Translations under genes and position numbers: made by a program
Source: Azolla caroliniana
Taxonomy: Eukaryota > Plantae > Polypodiophyta
NCBI GenBank assembly: GCA_043228905.1
Contig: JBHGNT010000022.1
Location: forward strand, 4,154,001-4,218,000
Reading direction: 5' to 3'
Length of the DNA: 64,000 bases
In this document: one piece after another, positions 61,656 to 64,000 of the stretch
Layout: each line of letters starts with the position of its first letter
How positions within the stretch are numbered: the first letter of the stretch is position 1
The notes under the pieces: model-generated
What the model saw: only the letters and a program-made list of their open reading frames with translations
The model's database searches: none
Told to the model about the DNA's origin: nothing

Positions 61656-64000
61656 AGATCGTCCATTCCCCTTCTTGTAGAAGTCCATGGACATTAGGTT
61701 AACTTCCAACCCATGGTCGATCAACGTTACCACCAGTTCCTTCACATCCTCGATACGAAATGGGGTTTTCGTCGTTGCTCTTGCCCAGTGCGGCCTTGTA
61801 TAGTGGTTTTCCGCAAGCTCGTCCTCCGTGGCCACTTCGTCCAACAACGTCGCCCTTACCTCAACCGGCTCCGTCACAAAACACTTTCTTTATACGAGAT
61901 CCACGATGTTGTCGTGGAACTCTCTCCTTGCTATGCCTAGCACTTCTCTCAGTGTGAGTTCTACACGACTATCGAGGACTTGCTCCTCCAGGACCTTTCG
62001 CAGGTCCGTTGTTTTCTCGATTTTCGAGCTTAACTGGAAGGTCGAGACCTTGGCCTTCTCTTGAATGGGTCCGCTCCAGGTGTCATACCTCCTCGAAGGG
62101 CCCGCTCCTCCGTTTTTTCCGGCCCGCTTATCGTCGACCAGAACCTTGTAGTTCTGGCACGCGGCTTCCACAAGGCTGATACTTTCCTCAACCGGGTCGC
62201 CCCATCCACTGACATCGCGTACTCGTTTTTCCGCACGGTCAGCTTCTTCCTTCTTCAGCCTCCTTTCGGAGAAGGTTTCCAGTACCACCGGCCAAAACCT
62301 TGGGCTTGTATCGGCATTAACTCCCTTTCCAACTACACGAATGTTGGCCGAGGCCGAGTAGTGGATGGCCTCGACGTGCCACGCCACGGCTTCCTCCATC
62401 AACCTCTTCATGCCGCCTCGTCCGGGGTTTACTTCAAGCATTCTCCATTTGTCGCTTGCGTGCACCCTGCCATTCCAAAGGTACACCACGTTGCTCCTGA
62501 GTGATTCACGGAAGTCGGCACAATCTCTCCAGGCATGGCCGAGGGCATCACACTATATGCACCTTTGGTTGGCCAGCGACTACCGGTCACGGGGCTGGCC
62601 TTCTTCTCCCCTTCAGGCCTGAGCGATCTAGAGATCGTGCACAATTTTTGTCAGCGCTTCTAGAGTCGCACCCCCGGACGGTCCCGCGACTACATTCGTC
62701 GGGGTTGGACCTGACTTGAGCCACCTTCTCGTTTCTTCTATTCGGGTTGGTGCCGGCTCAACCCTCGTTTTGACAGTCGATCCGACTGTGGAGGACCCCC
62801 TTTCTTTCCAGTCTCTACGCTTGTCAATCCGGCTCTGGCTACACACCCCTTTGACCATGGCCCAGTCAACCGTGAGTCCGTCGTTCGTCTCTAAAAGGAG
62901 ACCCACATTATCGCGGTCGAGCAAGTCGAACAACTAAACAAAGAGCAGAACCTTGCTCGTGTCAAGCACGGTCCGGTCAAGTATGGAGAGCCGCACGAAC
63001 CGCGACTCAAACTCTTGAAGGAGAGTCGATGTGTTCCGACGTTTGCCAAGGCTATCAACCCAATCCATGAAACGCGGTCAGTTGTCTATCCTCCAAAATG
63101 TTCCTCATCTGCATCTCGGACTTGTAGACCTCCAGGTAACTCGTGACATCTTTCCCACTGAACCGGCCTATCTTGTCAATCGTCGCCTCTATGGCCCTGT
63201 CAAGGGCGCTCGTGCCCTCACGAGTGCTAACCAGGCTGTCTACAGCCACCGCCATTGCTTCGGCGAGTACGCTCCCTCTCATCTTGAGATTCCTTTTCTG
63301 CCTTTCACGTCGGGTTCACCAAAGATGTCGCGGTATTCCGTGGATGTGTAGAAACAGGGCAGGACCATAGGGGTCTTGAACTAAGGAATCAAGAAAAGAG
63401 GAAGGGGCCCGTGCGTCGCGTACACACAAACACCACGAACCAACAAAAAGGAGTAGGAATGAGGTGTTCGTAGGTGTCAGAATCAATGTAGTAGGCGAGA
63501 ATGGCAACACAAGAACGACACAGTAGAAAGACAATGCAAACAACGAAATATGTTATCACTGGTAGTTAGGACACGCGCATGAAGCGCAAGGGATACAACC
63601 AGTCAGATCCGGGAATAGAGCTTCCAGCTCTAGAACAAACACATGAAAAAGAGGACCTTCTGGCCCAGAGCGCGCGAGCATCTAACGCGAGCCGAGGGTT
63701 CCTTCCAGAGATTGGTCGTAGAGGTCCTGCAGAGAATGGATGAGCGAGCTCCTTCCCCCTGTTTGGCAGCGTCCTCTTTCTTCAGAGAAAAAGAAAAAAA
63801 GAAAAACCCCCCTTTTATAGCACAAGGAGCAACCGTTACACTTGGTTTAATGACCTACAACAGATTCAAGTGGAACTTCCCACTCATCTACAAGAAGCTA
63901 AAGTAATGCAGACAAATATAATGCAGATCGGTGTCGACTTCCATGTTATTATGATGTCATATAAAGACTACTAGACTATGTGCCAAATTGGATTATCAAC
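61656..64000 (-). mobile_element. Ty3/gypsy non-chromovirus element D2 (LTR end, PBS, gag-protease)
   Basis: LTR end TGTCGCGG at 63326; PBS 63304-63321; gag (GRFSGKDVTSYLEVY, ELTLREVLGIARREFHD); protease LIDHGLEVNLMS. Runs off the window. Confidence 0.85.
63304..63321 (-). promoter_or_regulatory. Primer-binding site complementary to tRNA-Trp 3' end
   Basis: Plus strand TTCACGTCGGGTTCACCA equals the recalled 3' 18 nt of plant cytosolic tRNA-Trp(CCA); it lies 4 nt from the LTR end. Confidence 0.85.

Noticed and set aside
63304-63321. tRNA-Trp gene
   Set aside because: Only the 3' 18 nt including CCA are present next to an LTR end; it is a PBS, not a tRNA gene.

Overview
Eukaryotic land-plant nuclear DNA, most likely a fern or other non-seed plant (inferred from the PPR motif style and the retrotransposon lineages). 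One intact host gene is visible: an intronless PLS-class PPR protein ending in E1/E2 without a DYW domain (~26.9-29.15 kb). Most of the rest is decayed transposons whose ends, PBS/PPT and 5-bp TSDs can be read directly: five Ty1/copia insertions, two chromovirus Ty3/gypsy elements, three pieces of a fungal-like non-chromovirus gypsy lineage (FLDD RT, tRNA-Trp PBS), solo LTRs, two LINE families and an internally deleted hAT transposase. From 38 kb to the end there is a deep nest (LINE > gypsy > gypsy > copia > gypsy). Best leads: (1) a -1 frameshift cassette (G_GAT_TTT plus hairpin/pseudoknot) placed after the protease of the tRNA-Trp gypsy lineage; (2) a Tcn1-like chromovirus with a Tf1-type self-priming signal and a gag/pol -1 frameshift cassette; (3) a 26S rDNA fragment fused to telomeric repeats at a telomere-like seed; (4) chimeric copia/gypsy and gypsy/gypsy structures. 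All comparisons were made by eye; no searches, alignments or folding programs were run.
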